From: a virus
Lineage: Duplodnaviria; Caudoviricetes
Length of the DNA stretch: 58,461 bases
Strand: one strand, 5' to 3'
IMG/VR virus record: IMGVR_UViG_3300044678_001332
Span: 1 to 58,461 of that record
In this document: in pieces, positions 38,140-50,000 of the stretch
Numbering within the stretch: position 1 is the first letter of the stretch
Layout: every line of letters begins with the position of its first letter
Program-made: the position numbers and the translations under genes
The notes under the pieces: generated by a model
What the model saw: the letters and a program-made list of their open reading frames with translations, nothing else
Told to the model about the DNA's origin: nothing
Database searches by the model: none

Positions 38140-39078
38140 ATGGCAATCTCTGGAAAACACGTTAGTCTTAAAACCATTGTAGAAAGAGTCTACATGGACT
38201 TTGGCTTTAATTACAGCCTATCATTTACTGAAGCAGCTGAATGGGCAGGTAGTATTTTAGCTTTATTAAAAGTTCCTCTTAGCCTTCAGAATAAGGTTGA
38301 AGAAATTACTATTGATGAATCCAGAGGTGAACTACCTTGTGATTTAGAATCTATTGTACAAACTGCTAGAATGGTAGAACAAGGTAATGATGGTTGTACA
38401 TCAATGGTAATCTCTACATTAGATAGAGGTACATCATTTGTAGAAATTTCTGCTATTGATATAGTTAACAGAAAGTTTAAACTATGTGGATGTAATTCAT
38501 TTACTTCATGTGATGAGTGTACACCAGAAGGTTGTGAACCTAGAAAACCTATCATTAGATCAGCAGGTGGTTCTTTAGCTAAACCTCGTTACAGGTTAGA
38601 ACCTATGAGATGGGCTACTGATACTTTCCATACTAAACAACATTGTTCAGATTATGACTTCTATTGTAAATCTGCAAGTACTTATACAGTAAGTGGTAAT
38701 CATATATTTGCAAACTTTGAACATGGTAAAGTAATGATGTCTTACTTAGCTATTCCTACTGATGAAGAAGGGTTTCCTTTAATACCAGCTGATGAATGGT
38801 GGAGACAAGCTGTACAATATGAGATTGCTTATAAGATTGCTTTTAAAATGTTTATTCAAGGTAATATTACTGATAAAGCATTCCAAATGATTGAAAAAGA
38901 AAGAGATTGGAAAGTTGCTCAAGCAGTTAACAAGACTAAGATTCCTTCTATTGATGAAATGGAATCATTCAAGAATCAGTGGCTTAAACTTATTCCTCAA
39001 TACAACAATCATAACAACATGTTTAGAAACATGCAGTTACCTGAAAAAATGTTTAACCATCCATATAGATATTTTTAA
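38140..39078 (+). CDS. Tail tubular/ring protein (crAss-like)
   Basis: GELPCDL, NFEHG.V.MSYLAIPTDEEGFPLIP; directly upstream of the stabilisation protein. Confidence 0.65.
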   Translation: MAISGKHVSLKTIVERVYMDFGFNYSLSFTEAAEWAGSILALLKVPLSLQNKVEEITIDESRGELPCDLESIVQTARMVEQGNDGCTSMVISTLDRGTSFVEISAIDIVNRKFKLCGCNSFTSCDECTPEGCEPRKPIIRSAGGSLAKPRYRLEPMRWATDTFHTKQHCSDYDFYCKSASTYTVSGNHIFANFEHGKVMMSYLAIPTDEEGFPLIPADEWWRQAVQYEIAYKIAFKMFIQGNITDKAFQMIEKERDWKVAQAVNKTKIPSIDEMESFKNQWLKLIPQYNNHNNMFRNMQLPEKMFNHPYRYF

Positions 39079-39090
39079 TTTAAAACATAT

Positions 39091-42000
39091 ATGTCAGTAA
39101 GCAAGAATACTTGGAACAAAGGATTAAATTCAGATTTATCAAAACTTAAACCTCAACAGGATAGTTACCTTGATGCTAAAAACATCAGGGTAATTACTGA
39201 TGAAGGTTCATCTACACTTGCTATAGAAAACATTAGAGGTAATGTATTTAGTTTTAAATTACCTAAAGTCAATAATACTTATAAAATTAACTTTATTAAT
39301 TTAACTGGTAGTGTTGACATTACAATTTCAAGAGGTTTAAATTCAGAAACATTTACTATACCTAATGTTGAACAAAAGGATAATGAGTTTATAGCAAATG
39401 AACTTAATGCTTTAATCCAAGCATCAACTCTACCATATAAACAATATATTATTGCTTACTTTAATTCAAGATATTTAGTAGTATATGATTTTCTACCACA
39501 ATCTTTACAATCATTAACGCAAGAAATAACTATAACAACTGTTCCTGATTGTTCAGCATTAAGAACTAATGCTGTTGATAATCATACTATTCTTGGTTGG
39601 GGATATTATAATGATAATCTTGTTCTAATTAGTTGTAATGAAACAAGTAACTCTGAAGATCCTTCTGGTGAAGAAGGGTTTGTATGGGATGCAAAATATA
39701 TTTATTTAAATGATACTACAAACAGTATTGAAAATATTGATGGTAATTATTTAAATCCAGCTTTTCATTTAAAGTATGCAGGTAAACTAAATCTATCTAG
39801 ACAGTATGCTATCAATAAACATTTAAAATGTAGATATGAAAGTACAAATACTGTAAGAATAGTTTGGACTGATTGGTATAATAATTTAAGAAATATGAAT
39901 ATTGCTGACCCTCAAGTTTGGGCTACAGTAGAAGAGTTATTATCTTATTTACCAGCACACTTACCACAGAAACCTATTGTAACTAATATTATAAATGGTG
40001 GTGGTATACCATCAGGTAAAATACAATACTTCTATAAACTATTTACTAATCAAGGTGCTGAAAGTAGTTATTCACCATTAAGTAATTTATTAATACTTAC
40101 AGGTGCAGCAGGTACTAACTTTGCTGGACCTGGTAATCCTCCATCAGGAAGTACAGCAATTGGTAAATCTGTACAAATAACTTATTCTGGAATAGATACA
40201 AGTTATGATATTATTAGAGTAGGATATGTTATTTATCAAACTCCTGATTTTCCAGAAGCTTTCTTTTTTGATGAAAAGCCTGTACCTGATGATGGAGTAT
40301 TAGTTTTAGTTCATAATGGTAATGAAAATGATATACCATTAGGATCAGCTACAGAAATAAATAATCTTAATAGACCACCAGAAGTATTTAAAACTATTGA
40401 TGTTGTAAGAAATAGATTGTTTGCTGCTAATGCTAAAACTAAATACTTTGATTTAGATGGAGAATTTGATTCTAGAGTTTATAGATATAATTCTTCTCAA
40501 GTAGCTGATTTATATAATAATGATGATACTTTTGGTACACCATCTGTACAAATAGATTATACTAATCCAATTCCTACAATAACTATTGAAGGAACTACAT
40601 TTACTCCTACTACTCAGCAAGAAGCATATGAAATATTAACTCAAGATATACCTGATACATTTGATTTAATTAATCCATTTAATGATGAAAACCCAGATGC
40701 ATCAGTAAATCCATTCTCTAATGGTAACTGGATTGCTAATTCACAGTTTAAATATCAGAGTGATGGTACAACAATAGGTGGATCAGGACCTAATATATCA
40801 TATGAGTTTGTTTATGAAACTAATATTGCTCATACAGGTAATACATATTTAAGAGGTAATATAAGTATTAATCCAAGAATTGATAGCAATGGTAACTATA
40901 TATCAGAGTTATCTGATGGATATACTTACATGGGTGGTAATAATAATTATTTCCAATCTCACAAAAGTCCTGTATTTGAAACATTGTTTACAGGATATGC
41001 TAGAGGTGAAGTATATAGATTTGGTATTTTATTTTATGATATATATGGTTATCCATCATATGTTAATTGGATAGGTGATATTAAGTTTCCATTTGCTAAT
41101 GATGATAGTGGTGACTTTGGTTTAACAGCACCTACACCTAATACTCCATCAGGACCATGCTTTATAGTTATTCCTGATCCTGAAAGAATGCCTGGAGGTT
41201 GGGATATGTTTAATGCTTTTGCATATAATAGTATAGAGTTTTCATTTGAACCATCTGGTACAGTATTCTTTACATGGAATCCTACACCAAGTAATAATGA
41301 TATACCAGGATTTGTAGCAGCATTTAATGATCCTTCAACAGGTAACACAGGTGGATTAAATGCTTTTGATCCAGGTGATGGTTCTATTATTATACAAGGT
41401 GCTAATGTTAATCAAGATATGCAAATTTTTGCAGATGGAATACCTTTTATAGCTCCATCTCAATTTGAAGATTATACTTTTTCTGCACCTACTAATGATG
41501 TTGTTTTAAAACAATTAGGTATTAAACTTTCATTAGATACATCTACAGACCAGTTTCAAGCTATTAGTGATAAGATATCTGGATGGTCTTATGTAAGAGT
41601 TAGAAGAAATTTAGAAAATAAAAGTAAACTTGGTACAGGATATTTACAACCAACCTTTGCAGGAAATATTGATATACCTAGTGGTGTAGGTGATTATTCT
41701 ATAATGCCTTATGTTAGAGATTATAATAATGATGTTAATGCTCCAACAGCATCTAGTAGCTTTTTATTTAATAGATGGGGATTTGATATAGTTACAGGTA
41801 ATGGAGGACAACTTCCATATGAAAGAATTAGATTAGGTTTTCAAATATTTAATTCTCCTAACTTTTTATTACAACAAGTAGGTCAATTTGCACAAGATGA
41901 TTTTATAAGACTAATAGGTAGAACTGAAAAGAAAGCATATAGAGTAGAATACTCCACACAAAACTCAAGTATATTATCTCCATCATTTATTAACTATGGT

Positions 42001-44013
42001 ACTGTTAATGGAGCATATGCTTTTTGGATAATGTCAGGTGATTATATATATGATTATACTGATACTACACCATTACCAAATGTTATTGATAATCAACTTA
42101 CTACAAGTGATTATTTAAATACAAATCCATTGTATCAAAATGTATTTCAATTAAATGGTTTTAAATATATTGGAAGAACCTTTCCTTCAAATACTCTTCA
42201 AAATCAACCAGCACCATTTAGTAGCATAAGATTTTTTAATATGGCTACATATAATGTTACACAATATGATACCCAATCTCAAGATAAAACATTCTTAGAA
42301 TGGGGTGCTGAAACAATACTTGTTGCATTTGATGGATCAACTTCTAATTTTCCAGATACAAGTGCTATATTTGATAATAGTGATGTAGTAGGAGAACCAT
42401 ATGGTGGATGGATGTTGTTTCCATTTTACTTAGCATCTTATGAAAGATATCTAGTTAAACAATATGGAGGTAATACTAGATCTGCTAGATATGGTAATGA
42501 GTATATATCTACAAATCACTATCTACCATATACAGTAACTACAACAGGTATTGTTGGTAACAATGTATATGGAGGTGATACATGGGTTAATTACTTTGAT
42601 TGGCAAAGAAGTAACCCTAATCCTAGTACAGGATTCTTTAATTATAATCAAGGTTATGAACCACCTCTAACAGATGATAATTATAAAATATTAGGAACAG
42701 CAGTTTACTTTCCAGCAGAATGTTGTTTTCACAGTGAGTTAAATATTAACCCTAACCATGCATCATCAAGAACTACTGATACACCTATAACTATAGATAA
42801 CTATCAATTTAATCCAGCATACTCTCAACAGAATACAACTAATACATTTTTATCTAAATTCTTTTTACAACAAAACTTAGGTGAAGAACCTCATACAATA
42901 TACGGTTCTAATCCTAAATTAGATAATGAGTTATTTGATTCTTGGAGAAACTTTTTAATTAATAATAAACTAACAGTTAATGGTAACTATGGTGAAATTA
43001 ATAGACTAGTTCAGTTTAAAGATAAATTATTTTACTATCAGAATGATGCCTTTGGTGTTGCATCTGTTGATGAAAGAGTACTTGCTAATGAAGCTGATGT
43101 TACTCAAACTCAATTAGGTACAGGTACTTTATTACAAAGATTTGACTATGTATCTACTGAAACAGGAGCTAAACATTCTTTTGCAGTAGAAGCTACAGGT
43201 TCATCTATTTATCACTATGATGCTTTTATTAATAAGTTATTTAAATACTCAACTACTAAAGGTAAAGATGGTACTTCTTCAACAGGTGTATCACCACTTA
43301 CAGATATAAAAGGTTTAAGTGGATTCTTTAGAACAGCATTTACAAATACTGAAATTAAAATAAAAGATAAAACTTTAGCAGCTGGTTCAAGAGTAGGAAT
43401 TACATCTGGATACAATTCAGAATATAACACAGTTTATTTTACATTCTTTGATGAAACTAAAGATGTACAGTATACAATAGCTTATAATGAGTTATTAGAA
43501 GCGTTTGAATCTTTTTATGATTTCTATCCTTCTTTATATATTAATATGAGAAAGAGATTCTTATCAGTAGATCCTTTAAACACCTCATCAACTTATATAC
43601 ATAATTTAGGATTAAGAAATACTTTTTACAATAACACATATCCATCACAAGTTAAATTTAGAGTTAATGAGAATGCTGACTTTGTAAAAACATTTGATAA
43701 CTTCTATATTAATACTGAAGTAATTAGTGTAGCAACAGATCAACAGTTACCTGAAACTATTACTACTTATAGTATATCTAATGACTATCAAATAGTTAAT
43801 GAAACAATTAGTAACTTTACTCAGAAGATTAGATCTTGGAGAAAACAAATACCAAGAGATGAAACTAATCCTAACTTAAATATAAAACCAAGAATATCTG
43901 ACAAATACATTGATGTATTATTTAAACATACTATTAGTGGAGGAGATAAGATATTTAGATTACATGATGTGTTAACTGAATATTCAATGAGAAGTAAAAT
44001 ACTACCTAGATAA
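39091..44013 (+). CDS. Tail stabilisation/muzzle protein (crAss-like)
   Basis: 1640 aa; N-terminal KGLNSD...Y.DA.NIR, NRLFAAN, GY.RGEVYRFGI, DSWR.F, YNE....F.SFYD. Confidence 0.75.
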   Translation: MSVSKNTWNKGLNSDLSKLKPQQDSYLDAKNIRVITDEGSSTLAIENIRGNVFSFKLPKVNNTYKINFINLTGSVDITISRGLNSETFTIPNVEQKDNEFIANELNALIQASTLPYKQYIIAYFNSRYLVVYDFLPQSLQSLTQEITITTVPDCSALRTNAVDNHTILGWGYYNDNLVLISCNETSNSEDPSGEEGFVWDAKYIYLNDTTNSIENIDGNYLNPAFHLKYAGKLNLSRQYAINKHLKCRYESTNTVRIVWTDWYNNLRNMNIADPQVWATVEELLSYLPAHLPQKPIVTNIINGGGIPSGKIQYFYKLFTNQGAESSYSPLSNLLILTGAAGTNFAGPGNPPSGSTAIGKSVQITYSGIDTSYDIIRVGYVIYQTPDFPEAFFFDEKPVPDDGVLVLVHNGNENDIPLGSATEINNLNRPPEVFKTIDVVRNRLFAANAKTKYFDLDGEFDSRVYRYNSSQVADLYNNDDTFGTPSVQIDYTNPIPTITIEGTTFTPTTQQEAYEILTQDIPDTFDLINPFNDENPDASVNPFSNGNWIANSQFKYQSDGTTIGGSGPNISYEFVYETNIAHTGNTYLRGNISINPRIDSNGNYISELSDGYTYMGGNNNYFQSHKSPVFETLFTGYARGEVYRFGILFYDIYGYPSYVNWIGDIKFPFANDDSGDFGLTAPTPNTPSGPCFIVIPDPERMPGGWDMFNAFAYNSIEFSFEPSGTVFFTWNPTPSNNDIPGFVAAFNDPSTGNTGGLNAFDPGDGSIIIQGANVNQDMQIFADGIPFIAPSQFEDYTFSAPTNDVVLKQLGIKLSLDTSTDQFQAISDKISGWSYVRVRRNLENKSKLGTGYLQPTFAGNIDIPSGVGDYSIMPYVRDYNNDVNAPTASSSFLFNRWGFDIVTGNGGQLPYERIRLGFQIFNSPNFLLQQVGQFAQDDFIRLIGRTEKKAYRVEYSTQNSSILSPSFINYGTVNGAYAFWIMSGDYIYDYTDTTPLPNVIDNQLTTSDYLNTNPLYQNVFQLNGFKYIGRTFPSNTLQNQPAPFSSIRFFNMATYNVTQYDTQSQDKTFLEWGAETILVAFDGSTSNFPDTSAIFDNSDVVGEPYGGWMLFPFYLASYERYLVKQYGGNTRSARYGNEYISTNHYLPYTVTTTGIVGNNVYGGDTWVNYFDWQRSNPNPSTGFFNYNQGYEPPLTDDNYKILGTAVYFPAECCFHSELNINPNHASSRTTDTPITIDNYQFNPAYSQQNTTNTFLSKFFLQQNLGEEPHTIYGSNPKLDNELFDSWRNFLINNKLTVNGNYGEINRLVQFKDKLFYYQNDAFGVASVDERVLANEADVTQTQLGTGTLLQRFDYVSTETGAKHSFAVEATGSSIYHYDAFINKLFKYSTTKGKDGTSSTGVSPLTDIKGLSGFFRTAFTNTEIKIKDKTLAAGSRVGITSGYNSEYNTVYFTFFDETKDVQYTIAYNELLEAFESFYDFYPSLYINMRKRFLSVDPLNTSSTYIHNLGLRNTFYNNTYPSQVKFRVNENADFVKTFDNFYINTEVISVATDQQLPETITTYSISNDYQIVNETISNFTQKIRSWRKQIPRDETNPNLNIKPRISDKYIDVLFKHTISGGDKIFRLHDVLTEYSMRSKILPR

Positions 44014-44015
44014 TT

Positions 44016-47000
44016 ATGGCTGAAAAAAATTCACTCTGGAAAAACATTAGAAAAAAAGCAGCACAAAACAAAAGAACTGGTGCTACACCTAAAAAACCTA
44101 CTAAAGAAATGCTTAGGCAAGAAAGGAAAATTAAAGCTAAAAAATATTATGCGGGTGGACCTATAGGTGAAGGTGATGATAAAAATAAAGCATTAAAAGG
44201 TACTAATGATACATTAATAGCACCTACGTTAAATACACAAATTGTGGAAGAAGAAGCTCCACAATGGATGAAAGATAAAGAAACTATTAGACCTGATGAA
44301 ATTAATTTTTGGGAAAGTTTTAATCCTAAAAAATGGGGATTAAATGATTATTCAAATTATAGTTCTTTTAATTCTGCTTTTAGAAATGCTAGAGAAGCTG
44401 GTGAAGATGAGTTTGTATGGAATAAAGAAAGATATAATACTAATTTAATACCTAAAGATATTAGTGATCAGTATTGGGATTCTAAAAAATTTATACAAGA
44501 TTATTATACTAATGAACCTTTTATTCCATTAGATACAAACTATTTTGATCTACATGATTTTAATGATAAACTATCAAAAGATAAATATGGATATACTTGG
44601 CAAGAATACTATGATAAAGTATCAAAAACTCCAGTATATTCTAAAGACAGTGGAAGATCAGATGAAGAAGGAAAGATTCTGGATAGTTATTTTGATACTT
44701 TAGGTTTATTAAGCAGATCTGGTTACTATAGTAGTCTTTCAGATAAAGAAAAATCTGATTATTATACTTACCAAAAAAGTAAGTATGTAGACGCTTTAAA
44801 TGATCCAAATTATTATTTTTCAATTACATCTCAACCAAATCCTAAAAACCGAGTTTTAGGATATCAACATAGTGGTGATAAAAAACTATATGCAAGTAAT
44901 ACTGGTAATAGAGAAGATTTTACAACATTTATTCATGAGCTTTCACATAAAGGGGATTCAAAAAGTAGATCAAGCTATAATAATGAAAGTAACAGAATCC
45001 CTACAGTAGATACAGATGCACTTAATAAGTTTGGTAATAAACTTTCTCAAAAAAGATTTAATTATGTTAGTGATCCTACTGAAACAGAAGCTAGAAAAAT
45101 GTCTACTCTTTATTTTATGAACAAGGTTCTTAAAAAAGATATTAGTTCTGGAAAAATAAAAAATAAAGATCTTACTGAATTGTATAATCTTTATAACTCA
45201 GAAGGAGGATATTGGTCCTCTAAATCTATACCTGGTGATGTAAGAGATTTATTAGAATTATATAAATATCAATGGAATGATTTATTAAAATATTTAAATA
45301 ATGATTTTTCATATTATAAGCCTGTCCAAAAAGCTAAAGGTGGACCTACAGGTAATGACGAAGATCCATTTAAATCAAAATTAAATCAAGGTCAAACTGT
45401 AGGTAAAACATCTCAAGATTGGTTAGCTAACTGGGTACGAAGTCCTAAATTTGCCGAGAGATTAAATCAAAACTTTCCAGCTCCTGCAAGTGATCTTGAA
45501 AAAAAAATATATGGTAATAAAGAAGCTAGAGAAAGAGCATCAGCTGCTAATTTAAAAACTATTAATAAAAGAATACCTGATGTAATAAGTGACATATATG
45601 ATACTAATTTTTTATATAATACAAATCCAGAAAGTAATACTGGACTTTTAAATACATATAGAAGTAGATTAGGAGATCCTAAATCTATTAGAGACTTTGA
45701 TAAAAACATGTCTACTAATCCTCAAGGATTTACTGATCAAGATGGTAGAATTATTATTACAAATGAAGCTAATACTCAATATGGTCCTCAATCAGTTGGA
45801 GTACATGAATTAACTCATAAAGTATCAGAAGGTGATAAAACATTAGATAAATTATTTAGAGGTAAATTTCAAACACCTAGTCCTGATAAAATTGATGCTA
45901 ATTATAAGAAAGATGAAATGTATCCTTTCTTAATGCAAATGAGATTTGATAATAAATTTCAACCAGGAGAAGAAATTACTCCAGAAAGATTAAAACAAAT
46001 TAGAGAGTCAGGACCTAATAATCATTTATTTAGATATTATAATGATGATGAAATATCTAAATACTTAAATACACTTGCAAGTAATCAGACACAAGCACCT
46101 ATGCAATATGCAGCTAAAGGTGGATATATGTATGCAGAAGGTGGTGATGGTGAAGATGAACCTGTAACATTATATAAAAAAGCTTATTATAATCCTGATC
46201 AAGATAGAATAATTCCATATGCTGGTAGTCAAGATAATGAATACTATGTAACACCTGATACTCCTCAAGGTATTGATTTTGAAAGAAGACTTCCTGAACT
46301 TGAAATAACAGATGATTATAATTCAACAGAAGATTATTATGGTAATAAAAGGTATATTCCTTCTGAAACAGGATTTATTCCAAATCCAAATTATAAACCA
46401 TTAGCATCAGGTAGAGCTGAACCAACACTAGGTCCAGTTGAAGCTGCTTTATTTGCACCTGTTGCAGGAGCTGTTGCAGGAACTATGGCATCTAAAGCTG
46501 TTCCTGCTGTTGTATCAGCTTTAGAATTACCTGCAGTAGTAGGTGGTAGAACTATACCTTTGTTAACTGGAAATAATATTTTAGGTGTAACAGGAGGAAT
46601 AACTGGTGCTAATATGCTAGGATCAGATATAAATAGTGGTTACTATACATCAAATGCATCTATTGAAGATAAAATTGCAAGAGGTTTAGAAACAGGACTT
46701 CTTATAGGAACTTCTCCAGGTATGTTACCAGCAATGGGTTCGGCATATAAAAATGTTAAAAACTCTTTAGGTAAAAATAAAGAATTATTATCTAATTCTG
46801 CGTCTAATCAATTACCTCCACCACCACCAGAAACATTTAATATAATAGATGGTTATGTTCCTGGTAGTTATGTACCTGATTATGCATCTCAATTTACTCC
46901 ATTAGAAACTTTTAATAATTCAAAATTTTCTCTTAAAGATATTAATAATAAAATTAAATCTTTAAAAAATATTACATATAAAGGTAAATCCATATTTAAA

Positions 47001-50000
47001 AATAAAAAAATTGGACACTATGATGAACCATTAAAAAATGATTCTTCATATGAAACTTGGAAAAAAACAGTTTTAGGAGAAAATGCTGATAGTGTAATAT
47101 CATTACAAGAATTTAAAGATGCTCATAAACAAAGTATAGAATATTTTAAAAGTATTGGCGCACCTCTTACTACAGGAAAAGAACATGGTTTGTTTATAAA
47201 AAACATACTTGCTGATAGAATACCAAATTTTACTTCTCTTCAATTTGATGATAAAGGTAGAAGACTTATATTTGATCCAGATATGTATGGTTCAGATATA
47301 CAACCAGCTGAATTGAGACAAATGGAAAAGTTTATTACAGGTGAGGGATATGATATTACTAAAATGACTCCTAAAGAAAGAATGTTAATGGAAGCTTATG
47401 CTCATGGATATGATACTTCATTAAATGAAGTATTAAGAGGTAGTAGTCAAGGTCCAGTTTCTAAATATTATTTAGAACAAGGTCAAATATTAAATGAAGG
47501 TATTTTAAAAAATAAATTTCAAAATCCATCTTTTGTAAGAAGAGGTGTACAATCAGATTATACTGTAGAACTTTTAGACCCAATAACATATAAACCAACA
47601 GGAGTAACTAAATTAAGATCTGAATTAACTAAAGGTGATACTTTTATAGATAAATCATTTTTATCAACTTCTGCAACACCTAGTTATTGGGGTCCTACAG
47701 AACTTTCAGAATTAATAGAAATACCTGGAGGATCATTACAATCTTTTGCAGTACCTGAAGCTGCTACTGCAACACGCTTTAGAGGTGAAAATGAAGCTAT
47801 ATTACCTACTGGTTTAATTAGACAAGTAATTGATAACAATCTTCACAATCATCCAGAATTTTTTGATTGGAGAGCAAAATTTAGAACAAAAATATTAAAT
47901 CCTTACGAAGATGGTGGTACTATTAATCCATACATGTATTATGCAGGTGGACCAATGCAATATAAAAGAGGTGGATTACTTAAAGATATAGGTTTAGGTG
48001 TTGCTGATTTTGCATTAAGTACTATTGGTGGTGTTACTGGTATTAAATCAATGAAAGATATTGTTAATGAAAAACAATATTCTAATGATAGATTTGATGC
48101 AGGTGCAAACTTTGCAGGTAGTCTTGGAAGTACTGCTTTAAAATTAATACCTGTTACAGCACCTATTGCAAATGCTGCAGGTGTGGTTGGTGGTGCAGCT
48201 AACAAAGCTTTTGGTATTGATGCAGCAAATTATAATCCTAATCAAGAAGTAAGTGACTTAGAAAAAGCAGGTAATATTGTTGGACAAGCTGGTAATGTTG
48301 CTAGTATGTTTATGGGTAGTACGTCAGGTGTATCAGAAGATGCTGGTAAATTTATGCAAGGTGTAGATAAAATAAATCAATTTGGACAATCACCTGCAGG
48401 TCAACTTTTAAACCAAGGACTATCTTTTGAACAAGGTGGTGATATAAATAAATTTAATAACTTTACAAACTCTATGAGAGACAGATACAACAGTTATAGA
48501 AACAAGTACTCTAGAGGAGGAAAGGTTCAAGATAATGCTGAAGAAAAACTTGAATATTTTGGTATGACTAAAGTACCTAATCATTCAGGGTTTCATTATG
48601 AAAATCCTAATGGAGGTTCATATGGAGGAACAAATGCTTCATTTGAAAAAAATGAAATTGTTTTACATGCTAAAGGTGGTCCTACTCCAGGACCTGGAGA
48701 ATTTGTTTTTCCTTCTGAAGTAAATGGTCAAAAAAACAGACCAGCATTTCTTGAATTAGATAAAAATGGTATGCCAATTCCTTTAAACATGACTATAGCT
48801 CAATTTGTAGAAAGAGAAGTTAATAAAGGAAGTGAATTTAGAAAAGAAAATTCTTTAGGAAGAGAAAGAGTAGATATGGCTAATCAAAAAGCAATGGACA
48901 TGGTAGCTTATTATGATCAACTTGATCAACAGCAAGCACAACAAAAAGAAATGATGGTTAATGGTGCTTTACAATATGCAGCTGCAGGTGGTAAGATAAA
49001 TAAAGATATTGAAAAGATTTTAAATGATGATATTCAAAGTTATATTAAAGCAGATAATTATTATGCTTATGGTGGATATCTTCCTAAAAATAAAAAATTT
49101 AACATGCCTTACTCTAATGGTGGTAAACTACCTAAAGAAGTTTTAAGAGCAAGAGTTCAAGCTCACATGTCAATTAAAGAAGCTAATTCTTATGTAGATC
49201 AATATGCTAATGGAGGATCAATGGATCCACCAACTGCTAAAAGAAGTTATGTAAAGCAAGGTTCTAATAGTATGCTAGGTAATAATTTAAATAATACTGA
49301 GTTTGGTTCTAGAATTATAAATGAATATGGTAATGGATTACCTAATGATACTTCTTATATTTATCAATCTCCTACTGAAGATTATTTCTACAATACAGGG
49401 CAGAATACTCAAAATGGTAAACCAGTATCTAATTATAACTCAGGTTCTGTAGCACCTTTTAGTGCTAATGTATATCAAGATAGAATTAAAAGATTAGCAG
49501 GTTATGCAAATGGTGGTCCTGTAGTATCTAATGTAAATCAAGACTTTGGTTTATATGCACAGAACAGAGGTGGTATGATGATGGCTAATGGTGGTATGAT
49601 GCCACAGAATGATAGTATGTCTAAACAAATAGCTGCTGCTTTGCAACAAGGTGCAGATCCTCAACAATTACTTCAACAATTACTTCAACAGTTAGTTAAG
49701 TCAGGAATGGATCCTCAACAAGCTCAAGCAATGTTAGAAAATATTATGGGTAGTATGCAAGCATCACAAACTCAAGCTCCTATGATGGCTATGGGTGGTG
49801 AAATGTATGCTCCTGGTGGATTCTTTGATAATTTACGTTCTGATTTTAACCATGGTAGAAGAATGGCATTTAACAAACCTTATAGAAATGCTTATAACTT
49901 AGCTAAAGGTTATAATACTATTAATCCTAAAAATTACCCAAATGTTTTTACAGAAGGTAATGGACAAGTAGGAGGTGAAGATTATGCTGGTTTATATCCT

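Noticed and set aside
49661-49691. 12-nt tandem repeat CAACAATTACTT
   Set aside because: In-frame duplication (QQLL) in a low-complexity helix; no sign of a separate function.
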